A stretch of DNA of 64,000 nt, from the NCBI GenBank assembly GCA_963845065.1, contig CAWJQQ010000001.1, forward strand, positions 992,001 to 1,056,000, written 5' to 3'. Under the pieces are notes generated by a model that was not told the DNA's origin, ran no database searches, and saw only the letters and a list, made by a program, of their open reading frames with translations. The translations under genes were made by a program, and so were the position numbers. Below, piece by piece: positions 21,422-31,368 of the stretch; the first letter of the stretch is position 1, and each line of letters begins with the position of its first letter. The DNA is from Nitrospirota bacterium. Its GTDB lineage: Bacteria; Nitrospirota; UBA9217.

Positions 21422-22465
21422 ATGACTTTGACAGTTACTGAGCAGCTCAAACTTTCCGATTTTGATTATCACCTCCCTAAAGCTCTCATCGCCCAAGAGC
21501 CTTGTCCGGTTCGGGACCAATCGCGTCTTATGGTATTGGAACGCAAGACGGGCTCAACCAGGCATCGCATCTTCTGCGACATCGATGAACAGCTCATTCC
21601 TGGCGATCTCGTTGTTCTGAACGATACGAAAGTGTTCCCATGTAGACTCATGGCTAAGAAGAACAGCGGTGGTAATGCTGAAATATTTCTTCTTAGAGAA
21701 AGGGGACGCAATCAGTGGGACGCTCTCGTGAAAGGGGGGGGGATTGTAGGCAAAAAATTGAAAGTTGCAGCGGGTATCGAGGCGGAGATTATCGAAGCGG
21801 GCGAGGACAGCCTCAGGACTATTCGTTTTCACGGGGGCAACGATATCAAGGAAATGCTACCAGAAATTGCCAAGACTCCGCTCCCTCCCTACATTAAGCG
21901 AGAAGCCACTGCAGCCGACCGGGAACGGTACCAGACCGTATATGCCTCTCATGAAGGGGCCGTCGCAGCGCCGACGGCAGGACTGCACTTTACTCCTGAG
22001 TTGTTTCAGAAACTGAGTTCTAAGGGCATTGAAGTCACCACGATCACGCTTCATGTGGGTCCGGGTACGTTTCAGCCGGTCAAAGTCGAGTATATTGCAG
22101 ACCACCAAATGCGTCCCGAATACTATTACATTTCCAATGAGGCGGCAACTAGTATTAATAGCGCTCACGCTGAAGGCAGACGAGTAATCGCAGTGGGGAC
22201 AACCAGTCTTCGCGCGATCGAGACTGCGACTGCTAGTACAGGCGCGATCACTTCTGGACAAGGGAGTTCGACGTTATTTATTTATCCAGGATACCATTTC
22301 AAAGCTGCTAGCGGGATTATTACAAATTTTCATCTTCCCAAATCAACGCTTCTCATGCTCGTATCCGCTTTTGCTGGGCGGGAGAATATTCTCTCGGCAT
22401 ATCGCATAGCTGTGGCTGAACAGTACCGTTTCTACAGTTATGGGGACGCGATGCTTATTTTCTAG
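21422..22465 (+). CDS. queA: S-adenosylmethionine:tRNA ribosyltransferase-isomerase
   Basis: FDYHLP..IAQ.P, NDTKV, PLPPYI, YQTVYA, AAPTAGLHF, TNFHLPKSTL, YRFYSYGDAM. Confidence 0.97.
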   Translation: MTLTVTEQLKLSDFDYHLPKALIAQEPCPVRDQSRLMVLERKTGSTRHRIFCDIDEQLIPGDLVVLNDTKVFPCRLMAKKNSGGNAEIFLLRERGRNQWDALVKGGGIVGKKLKVAAGIEAEIIEAGEDSLRTIRFHGGNDIKEMLPEIAKTPLPPYIKREATAADRERYQTVYASHEGAVAAPTAGLHFTPELFQKLSSKGIEVTTITLHVGPGTFQPVKVEYIADHQMRPEYYYISNEAATSINSAHAEGRRVIAVGTTSLRAIETATASTGAITSGQGSSTLFIYPGYHFKAASGIITNFHLPKSTLLMLVSAFAGRENILSAYRIAVAEQYRFYSYGDAMLIF

Positions 22466-22593
22466 CGCGATGGGGACTGGCGGCTTGAAGAAGGGAAATT
22501 TAATGCATCGAAACTGGCTTATGAACAATATCGTCGTTTCAATGTATAATATGCAATTTCTAATTAAAATATCTCCTGAGAACGGAGTACGCA

Positions 22594-23292
22594 ATGAATA
22601 ACGAACGCGGCGGTATCATATCAAATATTTTTATTATTCCTGCGGGTATGGCACTCTTGGTCGGAGTTTTTCTTCTTGGCTACTACGTGGGCAGATATCA
22701 GAACAAAACTGGTGATCAAAGCGAGAACCTGACGCCGCTACCGGATGTGGTTTCGGAGAAAATGCCCAAGCCTGAGGATTTTACATTCTTCAAGTCACTT
22801 TCCGAGAAGGCAAACAAGACGATTTCTATTGACCTCAAACCAAAGCCTTCAACTGATGAAAGCACGACGGACAAGAAACAAGTAGGTGCGAATGCCCCTA
22901 AGGACAGTTCCGGCCTGACCGCCTTGAAAACCAAGGGTCAAGAAGCTATGATTGAGAAGAAACCTTTAGACACGGGAACTATCCAACAGAAGGCAAACAA
23001 ATATCAAGAAACACGAGAGAAAAAAGATAAATCGCTAAAAAAAAAGAACCCCTCAAAATTGCACTATACAGTTCAGGTAGCGTCTTTCCCGGAAAAACAG
23101 CTAGCCAATGATGAAGCGAAAAAAATGAGAAGCCGTGGTTATGATGCATTCGTTGTCCCGTCAGGGGTGCCAGGAAAGGGAACGTGGTACCGCGTGCGGC
23201 TCGGAAGTTTTAAAAATAGGGACGCAGCAGAGAAACTGGCAAAAGAAATTCACGCGAAGGTGGGGATTTCTTCTATCATTACAGTGGAGTAA
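22594..23292 (+). CDS. SPOR-domain membrane-anchored protein (FtsN/DedD-like)
   Basis: N-terminal transmembrane helix, low-complexity linker, YTVQVASF...WYRVRLGSF SPOR domain. Confidence 0.88.
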   Translation: MNNERGGIISNIFIIPAGMALLVGVFLLGYYVGRYQNKTGDQSENLTPLPDVVSEKMPKPEDFTFFKSLSEKANKTISIDLKPKPSTDESTTDKKQVGANAPKDSSGLTALKTKGQEAMIEKKPLDTGTIQQKANKYQETREKKDKSLKKKNPSKLHYTVQVASFPEKQLANDEAKKMRSRGYDAFVVPSGVPGKGTWYRVRLGSFKNRDAAEKLAKEIHAKVGISSIITVE

Positions 23293-23306
23293 TGTGGTTC
23301 AAGAAG

Positions 23307-23720
23307 TTAATGGATCATCTGGTCGTTGACGGTTTGCAGAACAATGGGAACAATGCCCACGCGTTCACCGTCGAGTAATGTTTCGATCCAATATGTGCCA
23401 GGAACTTTAAATGTGGTGTTGTGGCGGATCGATATGTCACGGTGCCGCTGGGTTTCATTGAACAGAGTCAGTTTCGTTTCGGATTCCGAGATGACCTGAG
23501 TCTTGTCTGGAGAGAGAAGCCTGATCTTCACGGTAAATTCACCTTTTCCGCCCAGCCATTCGTTAATAATCGCGAAACGGTGATGGAGGGCGGGGAATGA
23601 ATGGGATGAAATGCTTTCAAACAGGCCCATCAAGCTGAATTTGCCTCCCATTTCTTGGCGCACATCGTCGCAGAGGAGGGTATAAATTAATCGTGGTTTG
23701 ATCGTTGTGCTTACCATCAA
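23307..23720 (-). CDS. Conserved hypothetical protein (DUF6941-like)
   Basis: LLCDDVRQE.GGK.SLMGLF..FP and PGTY pattern. Confidence 0.65.
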   Translation of the reverse strand: MMVSTTIKPRLIYTLLCDDVRQEMGGKFSLMGLFESISSHSFPALHHRFAIINEWLGGKGEFTVKIRLLSPDKTQVISESETKLTLFNETQRHRDISIRHNTTFKVPGTYWIETLLDGERVGIVPIVLQTVNDQMIH

Positions 23721-23764
23721 TTAACCATAACATACAATTCTGATGCCCGTCAATCTGTTTTTGC

Positions 23765-23793
23765 TTGACAAACATTTTCAATCAACGTAATCT
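23765..23793 (+). promoter_or_regulatory. Sigma-70 promoter of pheST
   Basis: TTGACA-17 bp-TAATCT ending 12 bp before the pheS ATG; no SD visible. Confidence 0.55.
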
Positions 23794-23805
23794 TATCCGC
23801 ATCTT

Positions 23806-25374
23806 ATGAGTGTTTCTGAACTGCATAAACTTCTTGAAAGCCTTCATCCGCTCGAAAGCAAGATGCTCCTCTGTTTTGCTTCCCGATTGACCCTCTCAAC
23901 CCCGGATATTATCTCCTTATCAGGTCTCGACGAGTCCCGCCTAGATATGGCATCAGGCTGGCTTCAATCAAAAGGGTTGCTCGAAGTAAGGGGCGAATCG
24001 GTCCTATCGCAGGTCAGTCTCACGGAAACTGGCTACGAGTATCTTAACAGGGGCACGCCGGAAATGAGGATCATCCATGCGTTGCGAGAAGGTTTGTTGC
24101 GGTTCACGGTCAAGGACATCATCCAGAATTGCGGTGTAGAGCCCACTGATGTAAGTTCATCCGTCGGCGCATTGAAGGAAGCAGGTGTCATCCGCATCGT
24201 GCAGGGTGGAGTCCTCGAACTTGTAGCGAGCGCCGATATAGCAGACTATGAATTCCTTACTGCGCTGATAAAGGCAGTTGCGGACAAAGACCAGTCCGAA
24301 CTCGCGGCTTTCTCAAAAGCACAGCAGGCCGTGATCCAGGCGAACTTCCACAAGCGTGGAAAATCCAAGGGTATATTCCGCATTGCCGAAAAAAAGAACC
24401 GCTCCTATACCCTATCTACCGAAGGCAAGGAACTGCTTCGTATGCTCTTGGAACGGGGAGAAGGTGTCGAGGAACATTCCGTTCTAACCCCCGAGATGCT
24501 GAAGCTGGGGACCTGGAAGAACAAGAAATTCCGCGCATACAACATAGCACTCAATCCACCGCGCCAGAGCATAGGCAGGAAACATCCCTATAAGGAGTTC
24601 CTTGACTTTGTTAAATACAAGTTCATAGGCATGGGTTTTGAAGAGATGCGCGGTCCGCTCGTGGAGAACGAGTTCTGGGACATGGACGCACTGTTCATGC
24701 CGCAATTCCATCCTGCACGAAACATCCATGACGTGTACTTCGTGAAGGAACCCTGTTCAGCAAAAGAGGTTGAACAGCCGTTCGCTAAACAGGTTGCCGC
24801 AGCTCATAAGGATGGAGGAAAGACTGGGTCCACAGGATGGCGCTATACATTTGACCTTGAGCGTGCCAAACGATTGATTCTTCGAAGTCAGGGTACGGCC
24901 GTTTCAGCGAGAACGCTTGCATCAGGTCCCAGGGTACCGGGGAAGTATTTTTCTATTGCACGCTGTTTCCGTTACGATGCTGTCGATGCCACGCATGCCC
25001 CTGATTTTTACCAGGTCGAAGGCATTGTGTTAGGGCAACATATTAATTTCAAAACACTGCTCGGGCTCCTGAAAATGTTCGGCCAGGAGATTGCAAAGGC
25101 CCGCGAATTTCAATTCAGGCCCGCATATTTCCCCTTTACTGAACCGTCTGTTGAACTGCATGTAAAGCACGTGGAACTGGGGTGGATGGAGCTCGGCGGG
25201 GCGGGATTGTTCCGTCCCGAGGTCACGAAACCGCTGGGTGTCGATGTACCAGTGATCGCCTGGGGACTAGGTCTTGACCGCATGGCCATGGTGGCCTTAG
25301 GTATTCAGGATATACGTGATCTTTTTTCGCGGGACCTGGACTTTATTAGAATGAAGAAAATTCAGCTTGGATAA
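23806..25374 (+). CDS. pheS: Phenylalanine-tRNA ligase alpha subunit, archaeal/eukaryotic type
   Basis: GRKHP, FWDMDALF.PQ.HPAR, FRYD..D.TH..F.QVEG, YFPFTEPS, AWGLGLDR; ~250-aa N-terminal extension. Confidence 0.95.
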   Translation: MSVSELHKLLESLHPLESKMLLCFASRLTLSTPDIISLSGLDESRLDMASGWLQSKGLLEVRGESVLSQVSLTETGYEYLNRGTPEMRIIHALREGLLRFTVKDIIQNCGVEPTDVSSSVGALKEAGVIRIVQGGVLELVASADIADYEFLTALIKAVADKDQSELAAFSKAQQAVIQANFHKRGKSKGIFRIAEKKNRSYTLSTEGKELLRMLLERGEGVEEHSVLTPEMLKLGTWKNKKFRAYNIALNPPRQSIGRKHPYKEFLDFVKYKFIGMGFEEMRGPLVENEFWDMDALFMPQFHPARNIHDVYFVKEPCSAKEVEQPFAKQVAAAHKDGGKTGSTGWRYTFDLERAKRLILRSQGTAVSARTLASGPRVPGKYFSIARCFRYDAVDATHAPDFYQVEGIVLGQHINFKTLLGLLKMFGQEIAKAREFQFRPAYFPFTEPSVELHVKHVELGWMELGGAGLFRPEVTKPLGVDVPVIAWGLGLDRMAMVALGIQDIRDLFSRDLDFIRMKKIQLG

Positions 25375-25448
25375 AAGGGGCTAAATTTCTGGTCCAGTTC
25401 AGAATGATATCGAAATCCTGACGACTGGACACGGAATCCCGTTTAAAT

Positions 25449-27146
25449 ATGCCAACAATCGATATTAAGAAAAAAGACCTTGACTCACTCATTGGCAAAA
25501 AACTCCCGATCAATGCTATTGAAAAGTATCTCATGCTGGCAAAAGCGGAGCTGAAAGAATATCTTGCCGAGACTGATGACCTCAAGGTGGAATTGTCGGA
25601 CAGCAACCGGCCGGACCTCTGGTCTGCCGAAGGCATCGCGCGCCAGATCCGCATTGCGCTCTCCGGCAAAGCCGAGAGTTATCCATTTTTCAATCATGGC
25701 AAGAATGCGATGCGTGAGATCAGGGTCGACCCTCCCATGAAATCAGTCCGCCCCTTTATCGCGGCCTGCACGGCGAGTGGTGTGCGAATGAACGAGGACG
25801 TACTGACGCAGATGATCCAGAGCCAGGACAAGCTTGCTGAAATATTCGGCAGAAAGCGCTCAACGGTATCGATCGGCATCTATGAACTCGACCGCATCGT
25901 GTTTCCTGTGGAGTACAAGCTGGTCGATCCCTCTTCGATTTCCTTCACACCGCTCGGCATGGAAGAAAAACTTACTCTCGCCGAAATCCTCGAACGTCAC
26001 CCGAAAGGTATTGCCTACGGCAACATTGTAAAACCCTTTCCCAAGTATCCTGTATTAAAAGACAGCATGGGTCGGGTACTGTCATTCCCGCCCATCATCA
26101 ACAGCAGGGAGATCGGTCAAGTGAAACCGCAGACAAGAAACGTACTCATCGAGGTGACAGGGACTGATATGCGGATGACTGTGCTTACCCTGAACATACT
26201 TGCTGCGAGTTTTTACGATCGGGGAGCTGAAATCGAGCCCATAATGGTTATCTATCCATACGGAACCGAGTTCGGTAAACGGGTGGTTTTCCCCGTTGAT
26301 ACTGCAGGGAAAATCAAGGTACCCCTCGCGACGTTTTCAGCCGGTCTTGGGGAAGACGTCGCTCTGGCAGATATTAAAAAACGTCTCGAAGCATACGGCC
26401 ACGGGGTGACCGCCGTTCGGGGTGCAGTGATGGTCACTGTGGCGCCGTACCGCGACGATATCATGCATCCTATGGATCTCGTGGAGGACTACGCTATCAG
26501 CAGAGGGTACGATTCATTTGAACCGGTCATGCCTCAACAGTCGACCGTCGGGGCACTCTCTCGTCTGGAACTGCTCTCCGATACGGTCCGCGGACACCTG
26601 ATCGGTTCGGGTTATCAGGAGATCATGTCCAACATTCTCTGCTCGCATGAAGAACTTGAGGACACCTTACAGGCAGGCGAGAAGCTGGTGGAAGTTGACA
26701 ATGTGATGTCGCTTGCCTATTCCGTGCTCAGGAACAGCGTTATTCCATCACTCCTCACCACGGAGACCGCAAGCTCAAAGGCGTTTTATCCCCATCGTAT
26801 CTTCGAGGCAGGAGAAGTAGCTGTGATTGACGAGGATACAAATATGGGTTCGCGCACTGATCTCAATCTCGGCGCCCTCATTTCCCATCCTTCTGCGAAC
26901 TTTTCTGAGATGCAGTCCACGCTTGATATTCTGCTTTATTACCTGGGACTCGAATATACGCTGGAACCATCACATCATGCCCTTTTCATCCCCGGACGTT
27001 GCGGAAAAATCACCTCCACAGGGACGGGACTCGGTTTTATCGGCGAGATCCGTCCAGAAGTTCTTGAACATCGTCAGATCACTATGCCCTGCGCTGCATT
27101 TGAAATTGTGTTGGACAGGGTACTGGCGCTTTCCCGAAGGGGATAG
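25449..27146 (+). CDS. pheT: Phenylalanine-tRNA ligase beta subunit, short archaeal type
   Basis: NRPDLWSAEG, PPIINS, R.DIMH..D.VED.AI..GY; 565 aa with no room for the B2 or B8 domains. Confidence 0.93.
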   Translation: MPTIDIKKKDLDSLIGKKLPINAIEKYLMLAKAELKEYLAETDDLKVELSDSNRPDLWSAEGIARQIRIALSGKAESYPFFNHGKNAMREIRVDPPMKSVRPFIAACTASGVRMNEDVLTQMIQSQDKLAEIFGRKRSTVSIGIYELDRIVFPVEYKLVDPSSISFTPLGMEEKLTLAEILERHPKGIAYGNIVKPFPKYPVLKDSMGRVLSFPPIINSREIGQVKPQTRNVLIEVTGTDMRMTVLTLNILAASFYDRGAEIEPIMVIYPYGTEFGKRVVFPVDTAGKIKVPLATFSAGLGEDVALADIKKRLEAYGHGVTAVRGAVMVTVAPYRDDIMHPMDLVEDYAISRGYDSFEPVMPQQSTVGALSRLELLSDTVRGHLIGSGYQEIMSNILCSHEELEDTLQAGEKLVEVDNVMSLAYSVLRNSVIPSLLTTETASSKAFYPHRIFEAGEVAVIDEDTNMGSRTDLNLGALISHPSANFSEMQSTLDILLYYLGLEYTLEPSHHALFIPGRCGKITSTGTGLGFIGEIRPEVLEHRQITMPCAAFEIVLDRVLALSRRG

Positions 27147-27563
27147 GCCCTTCTGCGCGCCCGCAATGCTATTCGAGCCCATCCCCCTACTGTACATTGC
27201 TTCTATCCATCCTTTTTGACCTTTGATTCCTCGTACGTTTTCTTCCGTATTGTTGAAGGCAGTGCAATGGTTCGGCAGTCGCATTTTCACTGCCTTTGAG
27301 GGGTGCTTGTAGTTGTCTCTAGAGCACCCTGGATTAACCATCGGGAGTGGTCAGCAATGTGGTATACTTTTTACAATATATGATTCTCGCATAAGGGCAC
27401 CGAAAAATATTAATTTAACGGCGTCCATCGGAAAACAGTTTGAGCAAGTTATTGCCTCTGAAATTTCAATGAGAGTTACTTCGTGACCTTTTCGACGAGA
27501 GAATATGTATCGTTGACGTGATCTTTAAAGGTGGTTACTGCATAAAACCATTGCAACTCATAC

Positions 27564-28991
27564 ATGAATATCCTGATTATCAGTACAAACAGAAACGCCC
27601 TGCCTGTGCCTGTGATGCCTGTTGGGGCCTGCATGGTCGCCGAGGCCACAGAACGAGCAGGCCATAACGTCCATCTCGTGGATATGATGTTCACGAAAAA
27701 CGCTTTGTCAGCGATCCGATCCGCTGTGATCTGCATGAGGCCAGACGTCATCGGTCTTTCGATACGGAACATTGACAATAACGAAATGAGGGGCACGGTG
27801 TTCTACTTGAGCGACCTTCGTCTTATTGTGAACACCATCCGCAATCTGACAGGAGTCCCAATCATTTTGGGCGGGGCCGCGTTCGGGGTCATGCCCGAGG
27901 AGATACTTCGACTTGGGGATGTATCTTGTGGTGTCACAGGAGACGGGGGAACGGTTTTTCCGCTCCTGCTCAAGCGTATAGAACGGGCAGAAGCCTTTAC
28001 GGACACCCCCGGCATCGCATATTTTAATAACGGTGTTTTTCGGAGGAATCCGACTGGGGCATTGTTGTATGAGGGTAGTATGGTGGCACCGGACTATACG
28101 AGGTGGCTTGACATCTCGCGCTACCAATCGCAGATGGCGTCAGCTCCGGTTCAGACCAAGATCGGGTGCCCGTTCCAGTGCGTCTATTGCACTTACCGCA
28201 AGATTGAGGGGAATGAATGCAGTTTCTCTGATCCGGGACGCGTTGCCGATGCTGTGATGCGGCTCGTAGCGGCAGGTCTCCGGGATATCGAGTTCGTGGA
28301 CAGTGTATTCAACGAGCCCTATGATCACGCTATGAGCGTATGCGAAGCGCTTGCCCGCATGGGGTGTGGGGCGAGGTTCCAGAGCCTTGCACTGAATCCC
28401 CGCTCCTTCGATGACACGCTCGTGTCACTAATGGAACGAGCGGGATTCGTCGGTATTGGCATAACTGTTGAGAGTGCAGCAGATGCGGTCCTCCAAGGCC
28501 TCCGTAAGGGCTTTACCACACGAGAAGTTTATCGTGCAGCCGAGGTTGTACAGAGACATCACTTGTCGTGCGCCTGGATATTTATGTTCGGAGGACCGGG
28601 GGAAACGCAGGAAACGGTCATGGAAACATTGCGGTTTGCAGAGTACGCTATTCGTCCGCAAGACGTGGCATTCTTCAATTTCGGGATACGCATCTATCCG
28701 GGGACGGAACTAGAATCTATCGCACGGCACCAAGAAATGCTGACACTCTCTCCGGCCGAGATGCTGACCCCTGTGTTTTATGTATCGCGAGATATTGATA
28801 TCGGCTGGATCGATCAGAAATTAAAAAAATTCATGAACAGCCGAATGAACTTTATTAATCTCGGGTCCCTAGGGAATGCTCTCCTCCCGACGATCCACCG
28901 GATCAGTTACGGCCTTGGCCTAAAGCCGCCACTCTGGAGACATACCCGCTTCATCCGGAGGGGGCTCAGACTTGTAGGAATGAATGTGTGA
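27564..28991 (+). CDS. B12-binding-domain radical SAM protein
   Basis: CxxxCxxC (CPFQCVYC); N-terminal PVG..PDVIGLSIRNID..ILGG cobalamin-binding-type domain; GPGET, GIRIYPGT. Confidence 0.88.
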   Translation: MNILIISTNRNALPVPVMPVGACMVAEATERAGHNVHLVDMMFTKNALSAIRSAVICMRPDVIGLSIRNIDNNEMRGTVFYLSDLRLIVNTIRNLTGVPIILGGAAFGVMPEEILRLGDVSCGVTGDGGTVFPLLLKRIERAEAFTDTPGIAYFNNGVFRRNPTGALLYEGSMVAPDYTRWLDISRYQSQMASAPVQTKIGCPFQCVYCTYRKIEGNECSFSDPGRVADAVMRLVAAGLRDIEFVDSVFNEPYDHAMSVCEALARMGCGARFQSLALNPRSFDDTLVSLMERAGFVGIGITVESAADAVLQGLRKGFTTREVYRAAEVVQRHHLSCAWIFMFGGPGETQETVMETLRFAEYAIRPQDVAFFNFGIRIYPGTELESIARHQEMLTLSPAEMLTPVFYVSRDIDIGWIDQKLKKFMNSRMNFINLGSLGNALLPTIHRISYGLGLKPPLWRHTRFIRRGLRLVGMNV

Positions 28992-29161
28992 AAACGGCTT
29001 TCAATCCCCGGAATTTTATCGCCCAGGAGGCTCCTATTGAAATTGAGTATTAAGAATTAAATCTAATTCGTCACAAATTTTGGAGCGTTGTATTCCGATT
29101 GCAATTATTTTGCGGAGTTTAGATTTAACAAAATTAACGAGAGGTGCATTTACTCTAGGAC

Positions 29162-30241
29162 ATGAACAATAAGTCATCACTTGCAGAAGTTTTAATTCCG
29201 CATATCGCATCATTGGCCGTTGCAGTACCCTTGTACAATACTGACCAGATGACAGCTGAGGAGTTTATAAAACAACGCTTCGGCGCGCAGCTCAGCTCGC
29301 GGAGTCTCGGGCTCATTCACGCCGTCTTTTCCCATCCAAGCATCCGGAAGCGACACTTCGCTTTTGATGATCCAGCTTGCCTAGTTGACGAGAATGCTGA
29401 CCAGCGGGTAGCCCGGTTCACGGAAAAATCAATTGAGTTGTCGGCGCAGGCGATCACCAAAGCATTAGACCAGGCCGGTGTGAACGCTCGGGAAGTTACC
29501 TGTTTGGTCGTGAATACATGCACTGGCTACATCTGCCCCGGCATATCAACTTATCTTATCGAACGGCTGGGTCTATCGCGAAGCACCCGCGTGTATGACA
29601 TGGTGGGCAGTGGCTGCGGAGGGGCAATCCCGAATCTCCAGGTAGCTGAGTCGATGCTAAAGGCGAACGGCGGGGGAATCGCAGTGAGCGCTTCGGTCGA
29701 AATCTGCAGCACGACCTTCCAGATCGGCAATGATCTAAGTCTGATTCTCTCCAACGCGCTCTTTGGAGATGGTGCAGCCGCCGCAGTGCTCTGGACTAAA
29801 CCGGTTGGTTTGGAATTAGTTGCGTCAGCAGGAAGATATGTGCCGGAGCAGCGGGACTCGATCCGGTTCGTTCACAAGCATGGTCAGCTTCATAATCAGC
29901 TCTCTCTCAAATTGCCGGACCTTGTCAAAAAAGCAGCTGTCGGCGTTGTTACCGACGTCCTTACGTCTCAGGGCCTAAAGACGGGGGACATCAAACATTG
30001 GGCGCTTCACACTGGCGGCGAAAAGATCATCAATGCAATACGGGACGAGATGGGAATCCCCGAGGAACAGCTCCAACCTACGCGCGAGATCCTAGCGGAA
30101 TACGGTAATATGTCGTCGCCGACGGTCTGGTTCGTTTTAAGCAGGATCCTCGATAACGGCATAACTCCCGGAGACTGGTGCATTATGACCGCGTACGGGG
30201 CAGGGCTCTCGGCCCATGCCTTTCTACTGAAAAAAAAGTAG
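29162..30241 (+). CDS. Type III polyketide synthase
   Basis: Cys-His-Asn triad: GSGCGG, ALHTGG, YGNMSS; also LFGDGAAA and TCTG. Confidence 0.93.
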   Translation: MNNKSSLAEVLIPHIASLAVAVPLYNTDQMTAEEFIKQRFGAQLSSRSLGLIHAVFSHPSIRKRHFAFDDPACLVDENADQRVARFTEKSIELSAQAITKALDQAGVNAREVTCLVVNTCTGYICPGISTYLIERLGLSRSTRVYDMVGSGCGGAIPNLQVAESMLKANGGGIAVSASVEICSTTFQIGNDLSLILSNALFGDGAAAAVLWTKPVGLELVASAGRYVPEQRDSIRFVHKHGQLHNQLSLKLPDLVKKAAVGVVTDVLTSQGLKTGDIKHWALHTGGEKIINAIRDEMGIPEEQLQPTREILAEYGNMSSPTVWFVLSRILDNGITPGDWCIMTAYGAGLSAHAFLLKKK

Positions 30242-30677
30242 TCGCTCGTCATCTGTTCCGCCAATGACGATTTTCATCAGAACAAATGCCTGTCCTGCTC
30301 CAAACCTGGTTCGACAGAAGATTAAAGTTCGCTGTCTGGAGCTTCAGTAACACCACTTTAAATTGACATATCAACAGTTTTCTTGTATCTTGTTGTCGGA
30401 CTGGCTCTTATAATGCGCGGCTGGCTGTGCCGAACTACAAACACATCTATTATACCCGTTGACAGCACAATCAAGCCGTCCGACTGCTAATAGCGGCAAG
30501 GTGCCGGGTGTAATCCCCATTTTTGACTTATAAAGGGGCTTGTGCGCATTTAGTGCACAATTCCCTGACACTAAGCGGTCGCAGCACTTTTTGGCTGCCA
30601 TCATAGCCGATGGAAATAAAACGCAGTGGATTGAGCAATGGTGACCTGGAGATAAGCATACAAAGGGCAGACACGCA

Positions 30678-31327
30678 TCGGTTCCCCTGCGAGATATCAA
30701 CCCAACGGGACGCTTTGCAATTATTGCATTTTGTTTGATTGTTCTGAATATCGCCGTTTTCGTATTCGAATTAGCGATCGGCGACAAATCCGTCAATCTG
30801 TTTGGTACGTCCTTCGAATTCGTTCCTGAGCGGTTGTTCTCTGGTTATGATAAGGATAGCAGTGCAGGTAGTAGTAACGTTAAATGCCCCCATGTTCATC
30901 CACGGCGGGCTATTGCATATGTCCGGCAATAAGATTTACCTCTAGATATTCGGCAATAATATCGAGGACTCCATAGGGTTACCTCGGTTCCTCATATTTT
31001 ACCTATTGTATGGCGTTCTTACCGCGTACGCTCATGCATATATGAATGATGACTATGAGCCCCTATGATTGGGACCAGCGACGCTATCTCCGGCTTACTC
31101 GATGAGTATTTGCCCCTATATCCTCAGGCGTTGTGTTGTCACACTCATGTTCTTCAGTCTGTATTTCAGGACGGATGGGGTGCCGGCCATGGTTGTGCTC
31201 GGGTTCTGTTTTTTTGCTACAGTTTCTGAAAGCGCTCCTATCAATCGGTTCAGACCGTGGTGTGGCGCGGTACGTCCATGTTGCAGGTTTTGTCGCCGGA
31301 ATGTTTCTGGTCGGACTCTTCAAATGA
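30678..31327 (+). pseudogene. Rhomboid protease pseudogene
   Basis: Fragments PLRDINP..LNIAVF.FEL, MFIHGGLLH..GN, IFGNNIED and HVAGFVAG lie in several frames with stops; the catalytic GxSG reads GTSD. Confidence 0.8.
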
Positions 31328-31368
31328 AAGGCAGTTCCGTTCGGCGGAAGGAGGAGATTACATAATTT

